Source of the DNA: Tubulanus polymorphus
Lineage: Eukaryota; Animalia; Nemertea
DNA: 64,000 bases
NCBI RefSeq assembly: GCF_964204645.1
Contig: NC_134025.1
Location: 8,122,001-8,186,000 of the forward strand
Reading direction: 5' to 3'
Shown here: piece by piece, positions 11,546 to 24,400 of the stretch
How the letters are laid out: each line of letters opens with the position of its first letter
Numbering within the stretch: the first letter of the stretch is position 1
Made by a program: the position numbers and the translations under genes
The notes under the pieces: generated by a model
Seen by the model: only the letters and a program-made list of their open reading frames with translations
Told to the model about the DNA's origin: nothing
Database searches by the model: none

Positions 11546-14500
11546 ATGGGATATCCTACACAGTTCTTGATGGCGATATTTTTCTCAGGAATGATAACTT
11601 TTCATGCTAAGAAAGTTATTTTGCTGATGGAAGAAAATGGTTTTCTGAAGGTGCCATTCGTCTTTGATAACCAAACGGACAATTCCATACTTGTCGAGTT
11701 TCCTCCGCCGCTGTTCAACAGTATCAGCAACGATGCACAATTAACACCAGTTGTCGTTGATATTAATTTCAAACAGTCGTCATCTATTTGCAGAAAAAAT
11801 TTAAATCTTATTCTCGGCATCATCATGGATAACGAAACAGTAAGCCTGGAAGTTTCCAAATTCGTTAATCACGATCCAATTTGTATTTCTTTGAAGAGAT
11901 CACCTCACAACAGAATGTCTTTACAAATAATCTCCAAAGAAAAAGCCGTTTGCGTGGTTTGGGGAATGGCCGTTTTATACTACGACCGATTTGCGTGCTC
12001 GAAAGCCAGACTAGAAGAAAGTACACTAGCCGTTTCAACAGTTTCTGATGGATTATCAGGCACTTTACAATCACCATGGCATCCATATAAGCGATATCCA
12101 TCATCATTAGATATTGACTATATTTTCCCATCAAGAACCGGTTTCCATAACCAGTTTTACTGTCTACAATTTGACATTCAGGATACGAGATATTGCAAGG
12201 CGGACTCGTTATCCATTTATGGCGGATTGCAACGTGAAAACAGTAATCTAATGGGAGTTTACTGCGGTAATATTCAACCCGGAAAAATTAACGTGACCGC
12301 TGGTTTGTCGTCGGCTATGTTAATAGTTTTTAAAAGCGATATTATCGTCAGTGGTCGTGGCTTTTTGTGCGCTTATCAGATTTACGAAGGCAATAAAACA
12401 TTGTCTACCACTCTCACTAAGGACGTATCTGAATTGAGTGGCTCATTTGCGTCGAATACATCGGACCCTTTTTACTCGTATATTTGGCGGATCCATGGGA
12501 AATTTGGAAATGTTATTAATATTTTCTGGGATTTCTCGAATACAACTTCTCAAGACCTCCCGGATATCTACTTAAAGGTAACCGAAGGACCAAAAAATAA
12601 GATCATTTACGAGCATGACAAGCAACATGTGATTGGTAACATTACATCGACAGGGTATTTTGTCTCGATCGCATTAACTTTTACTTCTATGAGAAAAACA
12701 CCCCTTACTTTGACTTACGGACAGTTCCAAGCTGATTGGTGTCAGGGCATTTTTGACAATGTTTCTAGATCAGAAAGAGCGGCAGCATTTCTAAGTATGC
12801 ACATGTGTTCTAACAAAACCATCTATTCATTGAATAGAATAAGTACCCATGAAGGGGGAAAAATCCAAATTTTGTTAGATACCGTTCGTCTCACTAGTTT
12901 CAATATCAATTGTGAGCAAGGTTTTTTAGTCGATTTTGGTAATAACACATTTGCTGAACCATTTTGTGTCTCGACGCGCGATCAAATGCTCAGTACACAT
13001 AGACTTCTGCGACGAATACCATTCGTATCCTTAAAGAATAAAGTCTCCATCGTTTTGTTTTCGTATTCTGACGTCGAAGATCGTGATTTATTTGTTATTG
13101 TCGAATATAAGACGATAGAATGCCAAACACGCGACCATAGAACTATTAACTTCGAAATAATTGGCAATTTGTGGAATACAAGAAATATAACAGTCCCGTG
13201 TTACTCGGCGTTTTGGCATCCAGCGGATGATGATGATACCGATGTTAACCGAAATTATACCATCGGAACTGAATCAAACGTGATAAAACTCGATAAGTAT
13301 TATCCGGCCGATATTGATATTCAAACCCAAGGAAGCTGTTTATTTGTGATATACCTACGTAACATTTCCGATCATATTCAGGCATACTCAGATGGGAATC
13401 GTGTCAGCGTGAGCACTCCGTCCACCGTTTATATCAAACGGTTGTACTGCAGCCATCAGCAAACGACCGTGTTACTAACATTGAAAAAGCGCTGTCACAC
13501 TATCACCGAACTTAACGATGCCCAGTTTTCTCAATTCAGGACTCTATGTGGTAACATTAGACTAGCGAATCTTATATTAGGAAGTCGCTCTACGTATTAT
13601 TTTTGGGCAGTTACGAACACCGACCGTATCTGCGACGATTCCGACAAACATTTCATTATCCGATTAGAATCCGTTATTTCTTCTTACGACGTATCACTAA
13701 AAGTTGACGAATGTCCCGGATTCGACATATGCCCGTGCAACTTCGCTGCATGTTGCTATAAAAAGAACCTTATGATCATCGATGGAACATATACGAATCG
13801 TGGTGAGAGAGCCATTCGCACCACCGGGCCCGCGTTCACTGTTACCATTGAGGGTGAGCCTCATGGCCGCATTTCTAAATTTGTTATGAACTACGATATA
13901 GCCCAACAACCAACTCAGTCAATATTCACTTACCAACCCGGAAATCTGTGTCTGGATGGATTTATCTCCTGGAAAAAGTTTTGTTATTTTTTCGATGTAG
14001 GCTATGAACTAAACATCGACAACCAAGTAGTTAGAACATGGTCAGAAGCCGAAATGTTTTGTAAATCAAAAGGAGCAGAGCTTGTTAGCATACTCGATGA
14101 AGTTGAATTTGAATTCCTTCACGAAATGTGGCGCGGAGTTTGGTGGAAAAAATTTCGGCAAATTCGAAATAACGCATGGATTTCTATAGGACTTCAAAAT
14201 AAAGTTGATGTACGTATAGATGAACAAATATCAATGAATGAAGTAGTAAAGTAGTTACTATCAATTACATGACTCATCGCTTATCAAATTCATATTCAAT
14301 CATTTTAGGTTAACAAGTACACCTGGACAGACGGCAATCCATTAACCTACAGCGAATGGTACGAACCAGTAAGACACCTGTTTGATGTTTCTGAAGGGAA
14401 AGTGTACACTCCGAATAACCATGCCTACCTCAAGAAAACGAAATTCTTCGATCCTGATTTGTTAGAACCATCAAGGGATCCATCTTCACGATGCGTTGTA

Positions 14501-17500
14501 ATGCACGTCGACGTGCTTTTTTACCGAACAAATTGGATAAAGATCCCCTGTGACTACCCGATCAACAATATTGGTGTTATTTGTAAGAAACCTAATTCAC
14601 TAGCGAAAACCAGGTTCAGCCGTTCTGTGTTTTCACAAACGAAAGAAGAATACAATAATACCGCTGCTCATCAATCACTTAAAAGCGAAGAAAATATCAA
14701 AACAAGCATTTACTCGTCATTAACTCCGATGACGTCATATTGTCCTAACGGCTGGACGTACGTGAATGAAAATCTTTGTTGGATGCTCCTTTCCGGTGTC
14801 GTTGATTTACATAGTGATTATTCATACGAGAACGCTGTAAATGACTGTTATCCCTATGAACTGCAAGATGAATCTGGAATCGACCTTCTTGTACTTAACG
14901 ATATGCTGAAAATATGGATGCATAGACCAGAATATGGAGCCATCTACTTGAGGCGAACTCATGACGGACGAACAAATATTATCATCGGAAAATATTCCAG
15001 ATACCCAAAAACGTACAGAGATCAAGATACATCCATTTTGAAATTCAGACAAGTTGATTATAATATTGCCACTTTTCAAAAAGCATCAGCACGGAATGTG
15101 CTTTGTAAGACGGTACCATTTCGTCGCAAAACGTTTCCTTGCCGCAATGGCCAATTCATGTGCGGAGATGGAACATGCATTGCTGATGTTCATATTTGTG
15201 ACAGAGTTTCTAATTGCGCTGATCAGTCGGACGAAATGGATTGTACCGATATAAGTAGTAACGCTAACGGACTCTTCACTTGCAACAGTGGCCAAACAAT
15301 ATCAATATCTCGTTACTGCGACTTTCGTTCTGATTGCCTTGATCACTCGGATGAAACAGAATGTATTACGGGATCTTGTGAGAGTGGGGAACAGCCGTGT
15401 CGAAACGGACAATGCGTCTCAAACAGTAAGTGGTGTGATTTTGTCAAAGACTGCATCGATGGAACTGATGAAATTGAAAGTCACTGTCAGAGTAATTGTA
15501 AGAATGGATTTAAATGCTATTCGGGTCTGTGTATTCCACTTTGGAAATATAAAGATGGTATATCTGACTGTCCAGGTACTTACGGTGAAGATGAAGAAAT
15601 AACGTTGGCAGATATGATACGTGGGGAATTTAAGTTTTCCCTTTCATCCGGAATCGTCAACGAAAGGAGCATTGATCCATTTTGTCAGAACATTTCAGAT
15701 GTGCGGTGTGTGTTTGATCGTCCCGGTTGTATACCTAAACACAGAACTTGTATCTTTGACGACAACAATACGTGTCGAGAGATTTTCCATCTTCAATCAT
15801 GCCAGAACTTCACCTGTCCCGGAATGCTCAAATGCCCGGAAAGTTACTGCATCCCAGTGCGAAAGGTATGCGACGGAGTCTGGGATTGTAAAAACGGTTA
15901 CGATGAAATGGATTGCGAGCACGGATTATGCCCCGGTAATTTCTACTGCCCTGAAGAAAGAATATGTATCTCGCAAGAAGAAGTATGCGACGGTGTAGTG
16001 CACTGTAAAACATCATTTGACGATGAGAGATATTGCGGTAATACATGTGCGGATGGCTGCCATTGCTTTGGTTATACCGTCAACTGTGGCTTAAGTCCAC
16101 AAAACAGCACTGGTTGGATAAGCAAAAGCACACGATTCTTAAATCTTTCTTACAGCCGTTTTCCTTTAGATAACGAAACGTTTAAATCTTTTTATCGTTT
16201 GGGACACCTCGACCTCAGCCACAACAAAATATCTGTGATCGGTTCGAAAACATTTTCCGATCTTGTTAATTTACTGATTCTTGACCTCAGTAACAACGAG
16301 ATACAATTCATTGATACCGAGATTCTTAAAGGGCTTTCGAGACTTCAGTTTATTCACCTGGCGGGTAATCCACTTTCACGCTTCAAACCAATGGCGTTTC
16401 AGTACTTGTCGTCTGTCAAATCTCTTTCTATCAATGAAATGTACAGACTAAATTCGATACCTCAAAATGCTTTCTTTGGGATGATTTCATTAGAAAAATT
16501 AGACATCAGCGTAAATTCTATCAAAACCATATCCGATCACGCATTTTCTGGTCTTATCCATTTAAGGGTTCTTAATGTAACTAAAAATCAACTCGGGCCG
16601 ATATCATCAAATGTATTTTATAATTTATCCTTGGAGGAGCTCTACACCGATGCCTTCAAATTTTGTTGTATTGCTAACAAATACGAACAACACGCGCTAT
16701 CGTGTTCCCCCGATCCAGACGAGTTTTCCTCTTGTTCTGATTTATTAGATAAACTTCCTTTACAGATCGGTGTTTGGGTACTTGGTATAATGGCTGTTTT
16801 TGGAAACTTATTTGTTTTTGGATATCGGTGCCGGAGTGAGAAAAATAACGTTACCAATTATTTGATATTGACACTCTCCATATCAGACCTTTTAATGGGT
16901 GTCTACCTAATTATCATAGCTAGTATGGACACCATATATAGGGGAGAATATATTACTTACGAGGATATTTGGAGGAACAGCTTACTTTGTAAATTTGCCG
17001 GAGTCATGTCAGTTGTTTCTAGTCAGATGTCGGTATACACTATGCTGTTGGTGACAGTTGACAGGTTCGTCGCTATCGTCTTATTTCTGAAGCCACAGTT
17101 TCGGGTATCTATGAAACGTGCATTAACGTGTACATCAGTTGGCTGGATTTTCTGGATCCTAATAGCCATTATTCCTCTTACAGAACCGTATTTAGGTGGT
17201 TCGTACTTTGGCAATTATTACGGACGAAATGGAGTGTGTTTGCCATTTACAATTAGCAAGGGAGATGAGCTCGCAAAGGAGTATTCTTTGGCTCTACTCC
17301 TTTTTAATCTAGTTACATTCACGTTAATCGCATTTTGCTATATGACAATCTACCACGTGTACCGTGTTTCGGAAAATAAGATGGCGGAATGTAAAAATCG
17401 AGCCAAATCTAATGAAATGACATTGGTCAAAAAGCTTATTTTGATATTAATGACGGACTTAATATGCTGGTTCCCGATTGTGATTACTAAACTGATGGCG

Positions 17501-17722
17501 ATCAACGGAACTTTCATCAACCCGGAAGCGGCAGCCGTCATGGCGGTTGTCATTCTTCCACTGAATTCTTCGTTGAATCCATTCCTTTACACATTCTCCG
17601 CTATTCGAGCAGCGAGGTCAAACAAACAGGGCCAGAGAAAACCAAGAAGCTCAATTTCTATGGCAACGATCTCGGGATCTCAGGTGACAGTTACTACAAC
17701 AAGTCAGGGGCCAGTTGCATAG
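11546..17722 (+). CDS. GRL101-like leucine-rich-repeat GPCR (LGR type C2), copy 1, about 2025 aa; exons 11546-14209 and 14309-17722
   Basis: Signal peptide; CUB (GTLQSPWHP..FDIQ..C..DSL..YCG..FKSD..GRGF); C-type lectin (CY.F..TWSEAEMFC..GAELVSI..W.GL / YTWTDG..W) split by a 99-nt phase-0 intron; about 6 LDLa modules; LRRs; hinge DAFKFCC..DEFSSCSDLL; rhodopsin 7TM (TVDRF, CWFP, NSSLNPFLY). Confidence 0.92.
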
Positions 17723-17756
17723 TCATGGCTTAGATTTAAGACTGGTCTAATACCAA
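17708..17756. mobile_element. Left-hand remnant of the MITE that supplies the stop codon of LGR copy 1
   Basis: Matches 27627-27677 and is followed directly by the right TSD CAG and the ancestral TAG at 17760-17762. Confidence 0.85.
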
Positions 17757-18010
17757 CAGTAGTTTAAGATTCCGCTTATTATCGAAATGAACGTATGGGC
17801 CTATACCATTATCTATATATGTTTGTCGAGGTGACATATTATTATGAAATAGGATAAAATGTTTAGATAATTATGAATAGGCTTACCGAGTAACCATAAC
17901 GCAATCATTACCTTTATGATCAGATATATTCTATGATTTATCCTTGCAACGATTTTGTGTAAATTCAATATTGTATTATGTAAACAATATACGTCGCGTG
18001 ATATAAAAAC

Positions 18011-18660
<650 letters not shown>

Positions 18661-18661
18661 G

Positions 18662-18828
18662 TTTGCTGTTTTAAAAAAATTAAAGAACAATGACTTGATT
18701 TTGATATTGCTTTCCTACTATAGAATGGTTTTACTTACTTTTACTTTCGGTAGCGATGTGTGGGGCTTGAAAATCTGGTAGAAAGATTGCACTTAATGTT
18801 TTGCAAATACTCATTTGATTTGAAACGA
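18662..18828 (+). mobile_element. Internal RT fragment of an RTE-X-like LINE at a duplication junction
   Basis: Translates to MVLLTFTFGSDVWG..LHLMFCKY..LKR; similar to 8190-8365. Confidence 0.8.
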
Positions 18829-18887
18829 GGGAGATGGGTTTCTATTTTTACCTCACTTTAAAAAAAGAGAGGGATAAAAAGTCATAT

Positions 18888-18961
18888 TCCAAATTCCAAA
18901 AGTGAGGAGGGCAACTAAGTTTTAGTCCAAATTCCAAAAGTGAGGAGGGCAACTAAGTTTT
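18888..18961. repeat. 38-bp tandem duplication
   Basis: TCCAAATTCCAAAAGTGAGGAGGGCAACTAAGTTTT occurs twice; the paralogous site at about 31068-31103 has one copy. Confidence 0.9.
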
Positions 18962-21436
18962 TTCTTTTTAAATGCGGTGATTTTGAAATAGTATGTAATT
19001 GGAGGTATTGTAAGAACGGTTGCTTATCGAACTGTGAGCTTGGAATGGTTGCCTGTCTAATCTGGTAGGGTTCCATAGTCTAATCAATTAAATGTTATGA
19101 TGAATGTGTATCTTCTTAACCACACGTAACTGCGACCGTGAGACAAAAACAAGTATGATCAGTTTATTTTTCGGGATGCGCATCTTTATTTCTATTTTCT
19201 ACTGACGAACTTTTTTGACCCACGCGTAAAAATGAAACTGATGAGAAACAAGTTATTTTTTGTGTAGCCTTAAAGTCAAATGTCTGAAATTTTGGGGAAA
19301 ATTCAAAATGGAAAAGAGACGCTATTTCTAAAAAGGATTATGTATCGTGTTTTGTACGACTTTTTTTTATAGTAACCACCCTAGAAAACTGCGGCCAGCC
19401 TTGGACATATCTGGTTTTATCCGAACTTTCCAAACCTAGATTATCTCGGCGCTGTAGTTTAACAGAGACTGCGGGACCAATTTATACAGAAATGGCATTC
19501 AGAAATAGATATATTAAGTAAGTTTAGAACATAAAAGATTATAAAACCTGACTGGAGCCAGGAGATCTATTTTTCTAAGCTCTCCACACTTGATTGTATA
19601 TTGCTATGTAAATCTAAACGCTCGGTCGTTTCCATGATATTGCAAGGGAACGACAAGTGCAATATGAACCTCATCGATGACGAGTTTCCATTTCATTCTA
19701 GAATATAACCTATTTGTTCTACTATAGAACTTCACTTCAGGCTCTTTTTAACACGGAAAAGTGCATGCCCATTATATCAAAGAAGCAAACAAACTGTTAT
19801 ACCCCCACCACCATTCGTCACCGGGTAGGCGCACATTGCACCATTGTTTATGGGTTTGTTTTTGGCTTACGTCGTTTGGATCTTGCTTTTCAAAAACTAA
19901 CCCCTTCGGATTATTCATTTCATCACGACGGGACAGCATTTGAAGTGTTGCCACCATGAATCGAATTCGTTTGCACTATATTCGTCTTTTTCTTCTGGAT
20001 AAGGATGTATTTTACGTATTTCTTCCCACGAAATTTTTTTGAAAAGATTATTTCGTTCCCACGAAAGAAATATTCATCTTTAACCGTGTCACCTCCGGGG
20101 CTCCGTAGAAAGCAACAAAGAGAGTGTCTAATAAATGGGCCAGTGTCTCACTTATTTATGAAGGGGTTGAAATATAGACTGAGCGATTTATAGGTCTCTA
20201 ATGATGGCAAAGGCCTTGATATTTTTTCAGTATGAATGTTACTCGTGATACATTAGGCATAATTGTTTTTTTTTCGGTACAGATAAGATACTCACGATGA
20301 CAATAAAAATGTTAGCTATTACTCCCGCAATCAAAAATAAAGCCACAACTAATCGCTTTTATTACCGCGTTCAGTTCATTATTTACACTGAACTCTCTAA
20401 TGAAAGCTTTCAGCCTGAAATTTGGTAATTGAAAGAATACCCGAGGTAGAAATGGGTGGAAGTTATTTCATTCTATCTCCGTTATACCGATGAATGTTAA
20501 TTCTGTCGCATCAAAATTCCGTCTAATTTGATCATAAAATAGTCGCACTCAGACCAGGAGAGCCCACTTTAAACACATTAAGAAGATTACAATCAAGTAT
20601 ATTTGCTAATCTATATTTCATTCATTAAACATTAAAAAAAACATGAAACATTAAACATAAAAATGTTTCATAAATAGGTTCTATTTACATTGCTTGAGCT
20701 AAATAATGTCCGGTGATTTCCCACCATATTCTTCATAAACAAATCTAAAAATTTGCCGCGGTTCCAATGAGGATTAATTTTAGAGATTTCTATGATAACA
20801 CACTGTTTAGGCGGTCTGTGATTGATGCGCGTGGCGCTGCATGCATATTTGATAAATGTTGTCATTCGCCTTGTCAAATCATTCATAATCGCATCGTTTT
20901 GATAATGTTTATAAAGTTGTAAGTTGTAAGTTATAAGTCGACCGAACGTACGGGAATGGAACGTCACGACGTAAGTAAAGGTTTCATTCTAATCAATCGT
21001 TGGCTATTACGTAGGCCAAATTCTTTTTCATTCCGAATTTCACTTCTTTGTGAATTTTTCCATTATCACTTCCTGAAGATTGATTTATTGAATTATAGAT
21101 TTGATTGAATTATTGAAATGATAAGTATATGAAGGGAAAAGACTCACAGCATTTGAATTGAAACGTCGCACATCTCTGATAGTTTTTCTTTTATTGTGGG
21201 GTTTTCTTCAATTCAGTGGGGTCAAAAATATGAAAATGAACACCTTGGTCATATCATTGGCACAGATGCCACTGACTTCAGCTTTAATCTCTTTGCCATT
21301 TATCATCTTCCAGATAAATTAAACAACGTTAGAACGAAATCCAGTCGCAACGCACAAAAAGCAAAGACATCTGATCATTATTTTGGCATTCTTCGTTTAT
21401 AATAATACTTCGCTGCTAAACGTACGGTGCACCGAA

Positions 21437-24400
21437 ATGGGATATCCTATAAAGTTTTTGATGGTGATATTTTTCACAGGAATTTTGAGTTTTCACGCGA
21501 CAAAAGTTATTTTGCGGAAGGAAGAAAATGGTTTTCTGAAGGTGCCATTCATCCTAAATAACCAAACGGACAATTCCATACTAATTGTCGAGTTTCCTCC
21601 GCCGCTGTTCCACAGTATCATCAACGACGTACAATTAACGCCGGTTGTCGTTGATATTAATTTCAAACAGTCGTCATCTGTTTGCAGAGCGAATTTAAAT
21701 CTTATTCTCGCCATCATCATAGATAACGAATCACTAAACATGGAAGTATCCAAATTCGTGAATGACGAGCCGATTTGTATTTCTTTGAAGAAATCACTTC
21801 ACAACAACATATCTTTTCAAATAATCTCCAAAGAAAAAGCCGTTTGCGTGGTTTGGGGAATGGCCATTTTATACTACGACCGATTTGCGTGCTCAAAAGC
21901 CAGACTAGAAGAAAGTACACTAGCCGTTTCAACAGTTTCTGATGGGTTATCAGGCACTTTACAATCACCATGGCATCCATATAAGCGATATCCATCATCA
22001 TTAGATATCGACTATATCTTCCCATCAAGAACCGGATTCCATAACCAGTTTTACTGTCTACAATTTGACATTCAGGATACGAGATATTGCAAGGCGGACT
22101 CGTTATCCATTTATGGCGGATTGCAACGTGAAAACGGTAATCTAATGGGAGTTTACTGCGGTAATATTCAACCCGGAAAAATTAACGTGACCGCTGGTTT
22201 GTCGTCGGCTATGTTAATAGTTTTTAAAAGCGATATTATCGTCAGTGGTCGTGGCTTTTTGTGCGCTTATCAGATTCACGAAGGCAATAAAACATTGTCT
22301 ACCACTCTCACTACGGACGTATCTGAATTGAGTGGCTCATTTGCGTCTAATACATCGGACCCTTTCTATTCGTACGTTTGGCGGATCCATGGGAAATTTG
22401 GAAATGTTATCAATATTTTCTGGGATTTCTCGAATACGTCTTCTCAAGACCTCCAAGATATCTACTTAAAGGTAACCGAAGGACCAAAAAATAAGATCAT
22501 TTACGAGCATGACAAGCAACATGTGATTGGTAACATAACATCGATAGGGTATTTTGTTTCGGTCGCATTAACTTTTACGTCTATGAGAAAAGCACCCCTC
22601 ACTTTGACTTACAGACAGTTCCAAGATTGGTGTCAGGGCATTTTCGCCAATGTTTCTAGATCAGAAATAGCAGCTGCATATTTAAGTATGCACACGTGTT
22701 CTAACAAAACAATCTATTCATTGAATAGAATAAGTACCCATGAAGGGGGAAAAATCCAAATTTTGTTAGATACCGTTCGTCTCACTAGTTTCAATATCAA
22801 TTGTGAGCGAGGTTTTTTAGTCGATTATGGTAATAGCTCATTTGCTGAACCATTTTGTGTCATGACGCGCGATCCCAGTAGTACACCCGAACATAAACGA
22901 CGAATACCATTCGTATCCGCAAATAACAAAGTCTCCATCGTCTTGTTTTCGTATTCTGACGTCGAAGACCGCGATTTAGCGGTAATTGTCGAGTATAAAA
23001 TGCTAGAATGCCAAACACGCCATGATAGAACACGTAACATCGAAATGATTGGTAATTTGTGGAATACAAGGGATATAACAGTTCCGTGTTACTCGGCCTT
23101 TTGGCATCTAGTGGATGATGATGATATCGATGTAAACGGAAATCATACCATCGGCACTGAATCAAACGTTATAAAACTCGATAAATATTATCCGGCCGAT
23201 ATTGATATTCAAACCCAAGGAAGCTGTTTATTTGTGATATACCTACGTAACATTACCGGTCATATTCAGGCATACTCAGATGGGAATCGTGTCAGCGTGA
23301 GCACTCCATCCACCGTTTATATCAAACGATTGTACTGTAGCCATCAGCAAACAACCGTGTTATTAACATTGAAAAAGCGCTGTCACACTATCACCGAACT
23401 TCGTGATTCGCAGATTTCTCAATTCAGGACTCTATGTGGTAACATTAGACTAGCGAATTTTATATTAGGAAGTCGCTCTCCGTATTATTTTCGGGCAGTT
23501 ACAAATATCAAACGTATCTGCGAAGATTCCGACAAATATTTCATTATCCGATTAGATTCCGTAATTTCTTCTGATGGCGTATCACTGAAAGTAGACGAGT
23601 GTCTCGGAGACAAAATATGTCCGTGTTACTTCGATATATGTTGCTCTAAAAAGAACATTATGCTCATTGATGGGATATATAGAGATCGCGGAGAAAGAAC
23701 CATTCGCACCACCGGGCCCGCGTTCAGTGTCATCATTGAGGGTGAGCCTCATGACAGCGTTTCTAAATTTGTCATGAACTACGATATAGCCCAACAACCA
23801 ACCCAGTCAATATCCATTCTTCAACACGGAAATTTTTGTCCTGATGGATTTGTGTTCTGGAATAGGTTTTGTTATTTTTTCGATGTAAGCTCTAAAATCG
23901 ATAGCAAAGCGGTTAGAACATGGTCAGAAGCCGAAATGTTTTGCAATTCAAAAGGAGCAGAGCTTGTAAGCATACTCGATGAAGTTGAATTTGAATTCCT
24001 TCACGAAATGTGGCGCGGAGTTTGGTGGAAAAAATTTCTGCATATTCAAAGAGACGGATGGATTTTTATAGGACTTCAAAACAAAGTTGATGTACGTATA
24101 AATCAACATTTATTAATGAATGAAGTAGTTGAATAGTAATAATGATGATAATGATGATAATGATAATGATAATATAAAATAGACTCAGATTAAAGATGTT
24201 GCTTGAATTCATATTTTATCATTTTAGGTTAACAAGTACACGTGGACTGATGGCAATCCATTGACTTATAGCGAATGGTATGAACCATTAAGACGCATGT
24301 TTCATTTGTCTGAAGAAAAAAAGTTCGCTCCTATTAACCATGCCTACCTCAAAAAAACGAAATTCTTCGATCCTGATTTGTTACAACCATCAAGGGATCC

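Noticed and set aside
14254-14402. Reading each LGR as two separate genes (CUB/lectin protein plus GPCR), as the ORF track suggests
   Set aside because: A conserved GT-AG phase-0 intron joins the two halves of one C-type lectin domain in frame in all three copies.
20391-20430. CTAATGA-AAGCTTTCAGCCT-GAAA (also about 32473) resembling a Penelope-type minimal hammerhead
   Set aside because: The core reads CTAATGA rather than CTGATGA, stem II is mismatched, and the copy-1 equivalent is deleted; at best a dead remnant.
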